DNA from: a virus
Taxonomy: Duplodnaviria; Caudoviricetes
Length of the DNA: 53,231 nucleotides
IMG/VR virus record: IMGVR_UViG_3300039918_000043
Span: 1-53,231 of that record
Strand: one strand, 5' to 3'
Made by a program: the position numbers and the translations under genes. Below, piece after piece: positions 7,471 to 16,662 of the stretch. A model generated the notes under the pieces. That model worked only from the letters and a program-made list of their open reading frames with translations, made no database searches and had not been told where the DNA came from. The stretch's first letter is position 1, and each line of letters begins with the position of its first letter.

Positions 7471-8523
7471 ATGTTTCGCCTTATCCATGCTCTATGCCCC
7501 CCCCTCACCCGAAGCTCTGAAGGCGCTCAAAGCCGAACTCGGCCTGTCCAGCGCGCAAATGGCGCAGCTGTTTGGCGTCGCGGACGGTCGGCAATGGCGG
7601 AAGTACACCGGGGGGGATCGGGAGATCAGCCCTCAGATACTGTTCTTCGCAATGGCTCGCCTCGAGCTCGACGAAGCCGTGATCGAGCGCATTCTGGATC
7701 GTATGCGCCGGGCCGGCGCGACTATCGACCTGGCGCACGCTGGCGAGCCGGAGCGATAGCCGCCCTCTCGGCATGCACGCTTGCCGGTTGCGGTGGTGGG
7801 GGCGGCGAATCTCCGGCGCCCAGCCAACCCGCTGCACAGTCAGTCCCTACCCCTCTTCCGGTCTACCTCGTTCTCGGCCAAAGCAACGCAGTAGGCCGCG
7901 CGAGCAGCGCGGATCTGTCCGACAACTGGAAGGCGCCCCAACCTGATGCACTCGTCTTCACCGGTGCCGACTGGCAGCCGCTCGCTCCGGGCTCCGTCAG
8001 CTTCGGTCCCGAATTGTCGTTTGGGAAGAGCATGAGCGCGCGCGGTCGACTCGGGATCATCAAGGTTTCTGAGGGCGGCACAAACCTCTGGCGGGACTGG
8101 AATCCGACCCTCCCCGATTCGCTCTACACCAAGACGCTAGATGCCGTGCGGACAGCAAAGGCCACACGCATGATTAAGGTCGCAGGGGTGCTCTGGATGC
8201 AGGGCGAGAGTGATGCCGAAGCCGATTTCATGGCAAAGGACTACGGCGCCAATCTGACGGCTTTCATCCAGAGCTTGCGCCGCGATCTCGGGGATCAGTC
8301 GATCCCATTTGCCGCCTGCCGGATAAATCCTGTCGATCCAAAGATGCCGTATGTCGCAGACGTCCGCGCTGGTCAAGAAAGCATCTCCCTCCCCGGGTAC
8401 GCATGGTTCAACTGCGACGGCCTGGTCAAACAGGCCGACGGCGTGCATTACGCCGCAGCCGGCGAGATCGATCTGGGCAACTTGTTCGCGGGCGCCATTA
8501 TCGGACTCACCTTGAGCCGGTAA
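7471..8523 (+). CDS. SGNH sialate/carbohydrate O-acetylesterase (SASA), lipoprotein-like; start uncertain
   Basis: GQSN, GPE, WMQGESDA, DGVHY motifs; LAGC lipobox. Confidence 0.85.
   Translation: MFRLIHALCPPLTRSSEGAQSRTRPVQRANGAAVWRRGRSAMAEVHRGGSGDQPSDTVLRNGSPRARRSRDRAHSGSYAPGRRDYRPGARWRAGAIAALSACTLAGCGGGGGESPAPSQPAAQSVPTPLPVYLVLGQSNAVGRASSADLSDNWKAPQPDALVFTGADWQPLAPGSVSFGPELSFGKSMSARGRLGIIKVSEGGTNLWRDWNPTLPDSLYTKTLDAVRTAKATRMIKVAGVLWMQGESDAEADFMAKDYGANLTAFIQSLRRDLGDQSIPFAACRINPVDPKMPYVADVRAGQESISLPGYAWFNCDGLVKQADGVHYAAAGEIDLGNLFAGAIIGLTLSR
7487..7759 (+). CDS. XRE/KorC/Aca-like HTH regulator
   Basis: PSPEALKALKAELGLSSAQMAQLFGVADGRQWRKYTGG HTH. Confidence 0.85.
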   Translation: MLYAPPSPEALKALKAELGLSSAQMAQLFGVADGRQWRKYTGGDREISPQILFFAMARLELDEAVIERILDRMRRAGATIDLAHAGEPER

Positions 8524-8643
8524 GAGGCGCTGGAAGGCGGGAAAACGTTCAGTTCGGGCGGGAAATGCGGCGTACGGGGCGCAGATGAATCGTACAAAAC
8601 CGATACAATTCACGCCCAACCCGAAACGAATCGCTGCACTTCC

Positions 8644-10647
8644 ATGCCCACACCCGCCGACGCGCTAAAGCTTGGCTCAGCCGAGTCAGGTACGTTTGAC
8701 GCGCCAGCCGCCATCGCGCATGCCGATCATCTGAAATACCGCGCCGACATCGATGGCATGCGGGCCGTCGCGGTGCTGTCAGTGATCGGGTATCACGCAT
8801 TTCCCCAATGGATCACCGGGGGATTTATTGGGGTGGACATCTTCTTCGTGATCTCCGGGTTCCTGATCACGAGCATCATCCTCAAAGGGCTGGCAGCGGG
8901 AACCTTCAGCTTTGCGGATTTCTACGGTCGCCGCGCGCGTCGTATTCTTCCATCACTGCTCGTCGTTTTCCTGGCGTGCTTTGTGGCCGGGCTATTCATG
9001 CTGCTCGACCACGAACTGCGCGAACTCGGCAAGCACATCGCTGCAGGGGCCGCCTTTGTATCGAATTTTGTGCTCTGGAAGGACAGCGGCTACTTCGACA
9101 CGGCGGCCGAGACGAAGATCCTGCTGCATCTTTGGTCGCTTGCGATCGAGGAGCAGTTCTATATCGTCTGGCCCTGCCTGCTGTGGATCCTGCACCGGTT
9201 TGGCCTGCGCCCTGTCTGGCTGATGATTGCGGCCGGGCTGGTGTCCTTCGCCATTGGCCTTCAGTACCTTCAGACTGATCCGACGTCCGCGTTCTACATG
9301 CCGCAGGCACGCTTCTGGGAATTGCTCGTTGGCGCCCTGCTCGCGTATCTATCGCTCATCCGGCTGCCATCGGCCGTGCCCACGGTGGTCAGCACAATCG
9401 GTCGCAACATTCTTGCGGTGGTCGGCGCCGGCATGCTGGGATATGGTTTTGCGATCACGAACGTGAGCAGCCCGTTCCCCGGCTGGTACGCCACGCTACC
9501 TGTCTTCGGCGCTGCCTTGCTGATCGCGGCAGGGCGCGACGCGCTCGTCAACAGGTGGTTGCTGTCCATTCCATTGCTGACCTGGATCGGGAAGATCAGC
9601 TTTGTCGCCTACCTGTGGCATTGGCCAATCCTCGTCTTTCTACGCATCGTGAACGATGGCGAAGCGTCCAACACCGCGCGCTCGATTGCCGTTGCGGCGA
9701 CCCTTGCTCTGGCGGCCGCAACCCACTATCTGGTCGAGAATCCCGTCCGCTTCGGACGTAACAGGCGCTTGGTCCACAGCGGGGTTGCCCTTGCCACCCT
9801 GGCCGCCGCGGCAATCGGGATGTCGACGTATCTCTTGGACGGCTTGTCGTGGCGTTATCAGACCTCGCCGAACGACCTGTCAGCGCGCGTGGTGTGGGGA
9901 GCCGAGCCATTCGGCACGTACTGCAGCGACAGAGTTGCGGGGGTCAAGTCGTCGTTCTGCGTAACCAACCCGGAGACCAACGTCGTCATCCTGGGCGACA
10001 GCCACGCCGGGGCCATGTATTACGGTCTGGCAACCAGCAAGGACCCGCGATTCGACAAGCCGACCGTCATTGGCGCCAGTTCGTGTCCGCCCTCCCTGGG
10101 GGTCGAGTGGCGCCCCGGATGCGACGTCGCACTGAAGGCCGGGCTGGAATTCATCGCAAAACATCCCTCGGTGAAGACTGTCATCTTGGCCGCATATGGC
10201 GGCTTTGTGCCGGACGGCGCAGAAGCCAATATCCCCGCCTACGTGGCGGGCTACCAGCGGACCATTCAGCAGATCGAGGCATTGGGAAAACGGGTGATCG
10301 TGGCCGAGGACAACTTCACGATCAAGCAGTCCGCCCAGCTATGCGCGCCGGCGCCGCTGGGTATCCGTGCCCACTTCCGCAAGGAACACGGCTTCTGCCA
10401 GACACTTACCAAAGACGATATTGCACCGCGCACGGCATATCGCGAGGTCATGCGTCAGCTGAAAGCGAAGAACCCCGACATGGTCTTCTATGACCCGACG
10501 AGCTGGCTGTGCCCCAATGGGCAGTGCTCGCTTTACAAGGACGGCCGGCTCCTGATCAGCGACACAGACCATCTGTCGAAGGCAGGTAACGAGTTTTACA
10601 TCCGGGATCTCATCCGACAATTGGACGCTTCAACGCGCGGGCGTTAG
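8644..10647 (+). CDS. oafA: acyltransferase-3 plus SGNH O-acetyltransferase (OafA/OatA-like)
   Basis: YRADIDGMRAVAV, GVDIFFVISGFLI, HLWSLAIEEQFY; C-terminal GDSHA and DTDH. Confidence 0.93.
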   Translation: MPTPADALKLGSAESGTFDAPAAIAHADHLKYRADIDGMRAVAVLSVIGYHAFPQWITGGFIGVDIFFVISGFLITSIILKGLAAGTFSFADFYGRRARRILPSLLVVFLACFVAGLFMLLDHELRELGKHIAAGAAFVSNFVLWKDSGYFDTAAETKILLHLWSLAIEEQFYIVWPCLLWILHRFGLRPVWLMIAAGLVSFAIGLQYLQTDPTSAFYMPQARFWELLVGALLAYLSLIRLPSAVPTVVSTIGRNILAVVGAGMLGYGFAITNVSSPFPGWYATLPVFGAALLIAAGRDALVNRWLLSIPLLTWIGKISFVAYLWHWPILVFLRIVNDGEASNTARSIAVAATLALAAATHYLVENPVRFGRNRRLVHSGVALATLAAAAIGMSTYLLDGLSWRYQTSPNDLSARVVWGAEPFGTYCSDRVAGVKSSFCVTNPETNVVILGDSHAGAMYYGLATSKDPRFDKPTVIGASSCPPSLGVEWRPGCDVALKAGLEFIAKHPSVKTVILAAYGGFVPDGAEANIPAYVAGYQRTIQQIEALGKRVIVAEDNFTIKQSAQLCAPAPLGIRAHFRKEHGFCQTLTKDDIAPRTAYREVMRQLKAKNPDMVFYDPTSWLCPNGQCSLYKDGRLLISDTDHLSKAGNEFYIRDLIRQLDASTRGR

Positions 10648-11133
10648 CGCGTCGTAGGCTCGCTCACAGGCTTGGCCGGCGATCCTGGCAGAGTCGGCGT
10701 ATTCAGCCACGATCCCCGCTCGACGGTCAGATTTTTCGAGCACGTCGGCAAGCACTCCAAGGGGATCGCCGGCTGACGCGCTTCCGCTGGTAGCAGCGGA
10801 ATCCTGGCTGGCTCTGGCAGCGGCAAGTAGCTCGTTGATACGCTTCCGCAACCCGTCAGCAGCAGCGTCAGCAGTGCGGGCGTCCAGGCGCGCCTCTTCA
10901 GCATCTTTCTTCGCGGCATTCGCGATCTCCGTTTGTGCCACCGCGCGGCGTTGTTCCTCGGCGCGCGCCAGATCGGTGGCCTTGATCTGATCGGCCGCCG
11001 CAGACAGCGCGGCCTTAGTCTTCTCCCCTTCGTACTTCACCGCCTCGGAGTGGGACTGTTGCCAGCGTCCACCACCGTACGCGATCAGCGAAACGACAAG
11101 CAGCGCGAGCCAAAATCGAGCGGTTGCAATCAT
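10630..11133 (-). CDS. Rz: i-spanin (Rz-like, DUF2514)
   Basis: N-terminal TM, coiled coil, AGQACERAYDAL end; downstream of endolysin. Confidence 0.85.
   Translation of the reverse strand: MIATARFWLALLVVSLIAYGGGRWQQSHSEAVKYEGEKTKAALSAAADQIKATDLARAEEQRRAVAQTEIANAAKKDAEEARLDARTADAAADGLRKRINELLAAARASQDSAATSGSASAGDPLGVLADVLEKSDRRAGIVAEYADSARIAGQACERAYDALTPAR
10644..10919 (-). CDS. Rz1: o-spanin lipoprotein embedded in Rz
   Basis: LLTLLLTGC lipobox; Pro-rich; nested in another frame. Confidence 0.75.
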   Translation of the reverse strand: MPRRKMLKRRAWTPALLTLLLTGCGSVSTSYLPLPEPARIPLLPAEARQPAIPLECLPTCSKNLTVERGSWLNTPTLPGSPAKPVSEPTTR

Positions 11134-11300
11134 GACTTCGTCACCGCCTTTTGCGCGACGTTGCCAACGATGTAGGCGGCAACAACGCTACCGACTGTCG
11201 CACCCCATACCGCCGCATCGATCGTGCCGACCAGCAGCATGGCGTCAGCGGAGACGATGACTAGCAGCGCAGTCAGGAACTTCCGGCTTCCATATCTCAT
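11130..11300 (-). CDS. small 2-TM holin-like protein
   Basis: MRYGSRKF...AYIVGNVAQK; GGAGG RBS; lies in lysis cassette. Confidence 0.7.
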   Translation of the reverse strand: MRYGSRKFLTALLVIVSADAMLLVGTIDAAVWGATVGSVVAAYIVGNVAQKAVTKS

Positions 11301-11815
11301 TGGGCCTCCAGGCATTTGCGGTGTCGTTCCTGCTGACGGGTCCACACGCCGTAGCAACGCTTGTTTGGCTGGCCGTTGACCATAGTGCTGCAGTCATATT
11401 TGGCCGAGAACTTGTAGAGCAGCAGCGCGTTGCATGACCCCACGTAGTCACCTGCGAGGAGATCTCGGCGCATGCTGGAAGTGCGCCAGTTGTTCATCCC
11501 GAACTGACCAACGAAGTTGCAGTAGACGTCGTATTCCTCCTGGTACAACTTGACGCCAGGCAGCGTGTCGGCCATCCGCTTGCAGTCCTGTTGCATCAAG
11601 TTGCGAGCGAGCTCGCGTGCTCGGGGCGGATTTATGGTGTCACCCATCCTTACGGGGCGCCCGTCCTCATACCTGGTCGAACCGTGACCGATCGTTGGCC
11701 GATCACCCTTTGTAGGAATGACGGCGCGTTCGGTATAGCCCTCCGACGACTGCCAGGCTGCGATGCCAGCCGCCGACATGGTTAGAGCAGCCACCGCGAT
11801 CCGTTGCTTAAGCAT
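11297..11815 (-). CDS. SAR-type endolysin (GH24 lysozyme)
   Basis: Ala-rich N-terminal anchor; EG...D.PTIGHG catalytic motif. Confidence 0.9.
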   Translation of the reverse strand: MLKQRIAVAALTMSAAGIAAWQSSEGYTERAVIPTKGDRPTIGHGSTRYEDGRPVRMGDTINPPRARELARNLMQQDCKRMADTLPGVKLYQEEYDVYCNFVGQFGMNNWRTSSMRRDLLAGDYVGSCNALLLYKFSAKYDCSTMVNGQPNKRCYGVWTRQQERHRKCLEAQ

Positions 11816-12017
11816 CTGGCCCTTTCTCCTTTCGCCGAGCCCGCATCCAAGGGCGGAGCACTTTCGTCCAGATGAAATTCGAGATCAGCAGCAGCACGTA
11901 GAACGCCGTCAGCCAACTTGCCCAGTCCTGAACGCTGTAACCCATAAGGGTCATGACGGGAACCGGCGCCGCGGGCGCGAGCTTCACTGCTTCGTTTGCC
12001 ATGTCGGCCTCGATCAT
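11808..12017 (-). CDS. holin
   Basis: TM segment and basic C-terminus; upstream of endolysin; possible dual start (M1/M6). Confidence 0.7.
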   Translation of the reverse strand: MIEADMANEAVKLAPAAPVPVMTLMGYSVQDWASWLTAFYVLLLISNFIWTKVLRPWMRARRKEKGPDA

Positions 12018-12126
12018 TAATTTCCCCGGAGATAATGAAAAAGCCCGCCGAAGCGGGCCATCGTTGCTGCGCCTTGTACCCTCGTCCCTTTCGCCCCCAA
12101 GACTTCAGAGATACGGGCGATTTTTG

Positions 12127-12321
12127 CTATGCCTGCGGAACAGGTAGGCCGGCGTTGGCCTTTGCAAAAGGCGTCATCTCCTCGAAAAACGCACCGTATC
12201 GATGGTCATCGATGCCAATCACACCTTGGTATGGATAGACTTCCGGGTCGCCTCTGCCGCCGATGACTGCAATCACAACCGCTTCGGTCGCATCGCCAAA
12301 CTGCACGAATAGCTGCTGCAT
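12127..12321 (-). CDS. tail fiber assembly-like small protein
   Basis: Follows fiber gene; FVQF.D...DDHRY..F pattern. Confidence 0.65.
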   Translation of the reverse strand: MQQLFVQFGDATEAVVIAVIGGRGDPEVYPYQGVIGIDDHRYGAFFEEMTPFAKANAGLPVPQA

Positions 12322-12331
12322 GGGTCACTCC

Positions 12332-13753
12332 TTAAATCCGATACCCGTTAATCAGCATGGTGAACGTCGGCGTACCACCGCCACTCGTTCGCCTAGCGAA
12401 GAGTTGCTGGGGCGTCGCGAGCGTGACCCATCCCTGAGCTGACTTTCCGGCCCCAACCAGCGGAGACCCATCGCTAATGAGAACACCAACCCCATTGCTG
12501 TCTGCCGCGATGTCAATCTCCATCGTCTGACCCGCGCTGGTATTCGATACTTGCCCTACAACGCTTGCAGCTTTCGCATTCGCGGGAACGGCGTTCCCAA
12601 TAGGTACCGAAGCGTACGTCGCCGATGTGGTGTTGGTGGAGAGTCCGGTGATCGAGCCCATGGCCAACTCGCGATCGCGCCAATAGCCCGGCACCAATTG
12701 CCCTGAACTATTGGTCAGATGAACAGCGACCAGCGCAGACGCGGTGTATCCGGCTGGCATATTGGCGCCGCCATACACCTCAGGGACAGTGGCACCGGCC
12801 AGGGTGGCGAGAAGCGCAGAGGCGCCCGTGATGGGGTTATAGATCACGTAGATTGCAACAAAGTTGGAGACTGGCGCCCCCCCGGTGTCCATGCCGCCGG
12901 CCCCGGTCGTCGCCAGGTTGATCGTCTTGTTGAAGTTGGCCAGGCGATACGTCTTCCCGCCCAAGACTTGCTCGACAACCACCTCATCGGCTGTGTAGGT
13001 GGCGGACGCCGATGCAGCGACCACTGACATCCTGCCGTTTCGGGTCGCGCCGATGACGCCGGTCGGGGCATAGCGCACATCACCCGTCATCGTGCTGATC
13101 TTGTCGCCAAGGCGTTCAGCGATGAACGGCGCCCCGCTCACCTGACTGATGTTGCCGGCCGTGATGGTCGTTTGACCGTTGGCCACCGTGACGACCCACA
13201 AGCCGGTGAACCCGGCATCAGGCGCGGGAGTCGTCTGCGACCCCGTCGTAGCAGCAATGCCCGCCTTCGCGTTGATGCTGATGACGCCCTTGCGCGCGGT
13301 AGCCTGCTGAGCCCCGGAATTGTTCGGGCCGGACCACGCCTGCGTCGGGTTGCTTGCGTTGTAGTACGGCAGCGTCACCAGACCACTGTCCTGATCCTGA
13401 TAAGCCGCCTGAACTAGGTAGTTGATGCTCTGGCCAGCCGTGCCCGGCGGGTTGCAGGTCAGCAGGACGTCATCGAGCGAGATGCCCTGCTTCAGGATGT
13501 TGTGCGTCGTGTCGGCCGCCAGCGACGAATAGTCCGCCGCGTCGAGGGCGGCGAGGCTGTACATTTCGCCCGGGCCGATCTTGACCTGCAGCGACGCCGG
13601 CGTCGTCGGTGCGCACGCCAAGCCATTGGCCAGCGTCGCCGTCCCAAGAATGGCAGCGGCGAGCTTTGCGATGGCCACCATCGCGAACCTGTTCGAGTTC
13701 AGGAGATCCGTTTCGAGGGGAATCTGCCCGGGATAGACGATCTGGCGATCCAT
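12332..13753 (-). CDS. tail fiber protein
   Basis: MDRQIVYPGQIPLETDLL N-terminus; INLATTGAGGMDTG; follows baseplate genes. Confidence 0.85.
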   Translation of the reverse strand: MDRQIVYPGQIPLETDLLNSNRFAMVAIAKLAAAILGTATLANGLACAPTTPASLQVKIGPGEMYSLAALDAADYSSLAADTTHNILKQGISLDDVLLTCNPPGTAGQSINYLVQAAYQDQDSGLVTLPYYNASNPTQAWSGPNNSGAQQATARKGVISINAKAGIAATTGSQTTPAPDAGFTGLWVVTVANGQTTITAGNISQVSGAPFIAERLGDKISTMTGDVRYAPTGVIGATRNGRMSVVAASASATYTADEVVVEQVLGGKTYRLANFNKTINLATTGAGGMDTGGAPVSNFVAIYVIYNPITGASALLATLAGATVPEVYGGANMPAGYTASALVAVHLTNSSGQLVPGYWRDRELAMGSITGLSTNTTSATYASVPIGNAVPANAKAASVVGQVSNTSAGQTMEIDIAADSNGVGVLISDGSPLVGAGKSAQGWVTLATPQQLFARRTSGGGTPTFTMLINGYRI

Positions 13754-13818
13754 CTGCGCTCCAATGAAAAAGGGCGCCCGAAGGCGCCCTTGAAAGGTGA
13801 GATAAGAGAGGTGCTGGG

Positions 13819-14487
13819 TTAGCTGCTGATTCGTGCCCAGACGATCGTCGCCACGGGCTTCACGCTGTCGATTGCGGCGTAGATGTCCGCGTCAGTGACC
13901 GATCCTTGGATCATCGCCATTGAGGCGTAAGCGCCTCGCGATGGCTGACCGTAGCCGCCGGTGGAGATGCCGTAGCCCGCAATCAGGGGGATGCCCGTGC
14001 CAATCGGCCGGTAGGCAGTCACGAATGCCTGGAACGGCATCAACATCGACCCATATGCGCCGGCCACGCAGTAACCGATCAACGGGCCTCCATACGAACC
14101 GGTGTCCGCCGGTCGAGTTGGCTCGATCACGATTGGCGTGCGGCCGGTCAGGTCCTTGAGGATCTTGATCAGTGCGGCGCGCGTGGCGCGCTCACGAAAA
14201 AGGTTGATCAAAATCCGGGCGCGGAACGACTCGTCTGACTGGTTCGCCGCCCGCAAGAGCGCCGTCCCAAAGAAATCGGCCGCAATCATGTCTAGCCAGC
14301 CGTCGGTCGCAGTCTTGATGCGCGTCTGGAGCTTGGTGTAACTCAGCAGTCCGTAGACATAGGCACCGGCATAGGCCAGACCGTTGATCACGCCATTGAC
14401 CAGTGGCGTGTCCGCTTCGTCACCGAACCATGGCGGGAGATAGCCGCGAAGGCGGCGGTAGATATCCTTTTGATCGCCCGTCGCCAT
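13819..14487 (-). CDS. baseplate wedge protein
   Basis: TATDGWLDMIAADFFG...DESFRARI; synteny. Confidence 0.8.
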   Translation of the reverse strand: MATGDQKDIYRRLRGYLPPWFGDEADTPLVNGVINGLAYAGAYVYGLLSYTKLQTRIKTATDGWLDMIAADFFGTALLRAANQSDESFRARILINLFRERATRAALIKILKDLTGRTPIVIEPTRPADTGSYGGPLIGYCVAGAYGSMLMPFQAFVTAYRPIGTGIPLIAGYGISTGGYGQPSRGAYASMAMIQGSVTDADIYAAIDSVKPVATIVWARISS

Positions 14488-15612
14488 TTAGAGTACCGTC
14501 ACAGAGGACCACTTGATTACCTGTTTGGCCGTCGCCGTCAGGTCTGCCGTCCCGCCGTTCAATGTCACCCCGGTGACGTTCGTCACGCCAGGTGAGGCGT
14601 CGTAGGCGATCTGGGCTAGGCGCGAGTACCGCAGCGGCTGACCGAGCGACAGGGAATTGATGTACGCCTTCAACGCGTTGGAAACGAGCGTCCGCGTCGC
14701 GGCAGCGTCATATCCAGCCGCGATGGAGACGGTCATTGCCACAGCGGCGTTCACAACCACCGGGGCGAACACGCCGAAGCTAACCGTCAGCGGGCGCACG
14801 GCGTCCACTGCGTTGTAGACAGTGGAAAGGAACGTGCCTGTCGGCGCACCAGTACCGTCATCCACCACCACGTAGAAGTAGCCCATCTGCACCGAGCCAG
14901 CGTACGTCTCGTTCTCAACCAGCGAATACGTGACGCCCTGCTGCAGCGACGTGATTGCATAGCCAACCGCATCCTTTGTAGCCTTCGACAGGCTGCGCAC
15001 ATATGCGATGAATCGCGTGCGCAAGGCTGGGTCCGATTCAGCGTCGGCGCCATTCACAAAGCCAGCGGCATTGGTGACAGTGTCGACACCGGCTATCGCG
15101 CCAGTGATAGTAGTGACTGACCCTGCAATGACGTTGCCGGCCGCGCCTGCGACTGTCGCAATTACCGGAACCGTCACACTTGCGACGCCAGCGGCCATGA
15201 CATACCCACCAAGGCCCGCGTTATAGGCCGGATTGGTCGCATCTACTACCACCGAGTACTGCTGGCTGCCGTCCGCGGTCTGGACGGCAGCGCCGACGGG
15301 GACGACAACTTGCTGGGTAGCGGTGAATCGGCTGAACGTCACCTGCCCGCTGGCGTACGTGGCCGCGAGGCGTGTCATGCCGTAGTCACCCACCCACGAA
15401 TCGAGGTCCGACCCGCTAGAGGTTGCCGCGCGCGTGATGGCCAGAACCTGGACGATCAGGCTCTGCAGCCAAATGACCAGTGCGGCGTTCGCCTCGACGA
15501 TCGCCCGCAGAATCGACCCGACTCTCGTGTCGACCAGCGCACTGGCATAGCCTTGGATGGCCGTGACCTGGTTACGCACCAGCGTTACGAAGTCTTGCGT
15601 CTGAAGTGCCAT
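14488..15612 (-). CDS. baseplate J/gp47 protein
   Basis: GADAESDPALRTRF, G..GNV motifs. Confidence 0.92.
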   Translation of the reverse strand: MALQTQDFVTLVRNQVTAIQGYASALVDTRVGSILRAIVEANAALVIWLQSLIVQVLAITRAATSSGSDLDSWVGDYGMTRLAATYASGQVTFSRFTATQQVVVPVGAAVQTADGSQQYSVVVDATNPAYNAGLGGYVMAAGVASVTVPVIATVAGAAGNVIAGSVTTITGAIAGVDTVTNAAGFVNGADAESDPALRTRFIAYVRSLSKATKDAVGYAITSLQQGVTYSLVENETYAGSVQMGYFYVVVDDGTGAPTGTFLSTVYNAVDAVRPLTVSFGVFAPVVVNAAVAMTVSIAAGYDAAATRTLVSNALKAYINSLSLGQPLRYSRLAQIAYDASPGVTNVTGVTLNGGTADLTATAKQVIKWSSVTVL

Positions 15613-15613
15613 G

Positions 15614-15994
15614 TCACTCGTTCACGTTGAACTGCAAGGACACCGGCCGGCGCGTTACCGAACTGGTGTAGAGGATGCCAACGCTGACGCCGTCCTGGAT
15701 CGGCTTGACGTCAATGCTTGGCTCCGGAGTCTGCGAGACGCCCTCTTCCATGCGGATTTGAGAACGAATCTCCCCGGTAATGGCCGGAATGTCGACCGTC
15801 CCGCCGATCATCTGCGGAAGCCCCGCGCCGTATTCTGGGTGGAAGATGTAGGAGCCCTTCGGCGTCACCAGCCGGCGGACGATCCTCTGGTTGGTCCGGA
15901 GGTCTGCCGCGGCTGTCGCTAGATCGCCAGTCGCAGACGCAGAAAGGTCGCCTCCGACCCACTGATTGAGGTCGTTGAGTTGCTGTTGCGCCAT
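15614..15994 (-). CDS. baseplate gp25/W-like protein
   Basis: RRLVTPKGSYIFHPEYGAGL. Confidence 0.85.
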   Translation of the reverse strand: MAQQQLNDLNQWVGGDLSASATGDLATAAADLRTNQRIVRRLVTPKGSYIFHPEYGAGLPQMIGGTVDIPAITGEIRSQIRMEEGVSQTPEPSIDVKPIQDGVSVGILYTSSVTRRPVSLQFNVNE

Positions 15995-16662
15995 TAGCCG
16001 GCCTTAACGGTGGTAGTCATGTGTGAGGCGCCCAGCTGCTGGTTGGGCGCGCCGGTGACGCTGCCCGTCTCATTGTGGGTGTGCCCGTTGAAGAGCGCCT
16101 GGAATGCCGAGGTGATAACTGCTAGCAATGACTGCCCGCTCGCGCCAAGGCTGATGGACGGCGCCGTAACGTTCGCCTGGCCAGCGGCCTGCACGTTGAC
16201 GTTTCCCGTTGCCTGGATCATTACCGAGGGCGCGGTCACGTCGACCTCTACCTGGCTGTTGATCGCCAGCTTTCCATCGTTCGTCAGCTTGATGAAAGCG
16301 CCGCCCTTGTGCCGGAGGAAGAATTCCCCCGACTTCGCGCCGGTCGGCCGCATGCTGTCGCTGTAGAACCGTCCTGAGATGTAGCCGCTCTCAATCTCGG
16401 CACCCAGAAACTTCACCTCGACCTGGTCGCCGGGGCTGACCGGCGCATCTACGCCCCAGCCATCGCCCACCCAGACTGTGGACACCGGCAGCCAGCCCGT
16501 GAGCGTCGCATCCGGGTTGTCCGGGTCCTCCGGCTGAAGTCGCACTCGCGCCGCGCCGGTTCCTGGGTCGTAGCTGTGGACTAATCCGATCTTGGTCTGC
16601 TCGTCCTCCCCTCCTGCGAGCTGCGCTGCGGCGCGCATCTGGTTTCGCATGACATTCATCAT
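15994..16662 (-). CDS. baseplate spike (gpV-like)
   Basis: TGWLP, PGDQV OB-fold; C-terminal HTH metal-binding motif. Confidence 0.88.
   Translation of the reverse strand: MMNVMRNQMRAAAQLAGGEDEQTKIGLVHSYDPGTGAARVRLQPEDPDNPDATLTGWLPVSTVWVGDGWGVDAPVSPGDQVEVKFLGAEIESGYISGRFYSDSMRPTGAKSGEFFLRHKGGAFIKLTNDGKLAINSQVEVDVTAPSVMIQATGNVNVQAAGQANVTAPSISLGASGQSLLAVITSAFQALFNGHTHNETGSVTGAPNQQLGASHMTTTVKAG

Noticed and set aside
12332-13753. DGR or invertible tail-fiber switch
   Set aside because: No reverse transcriptase, template repeat or invertase seen
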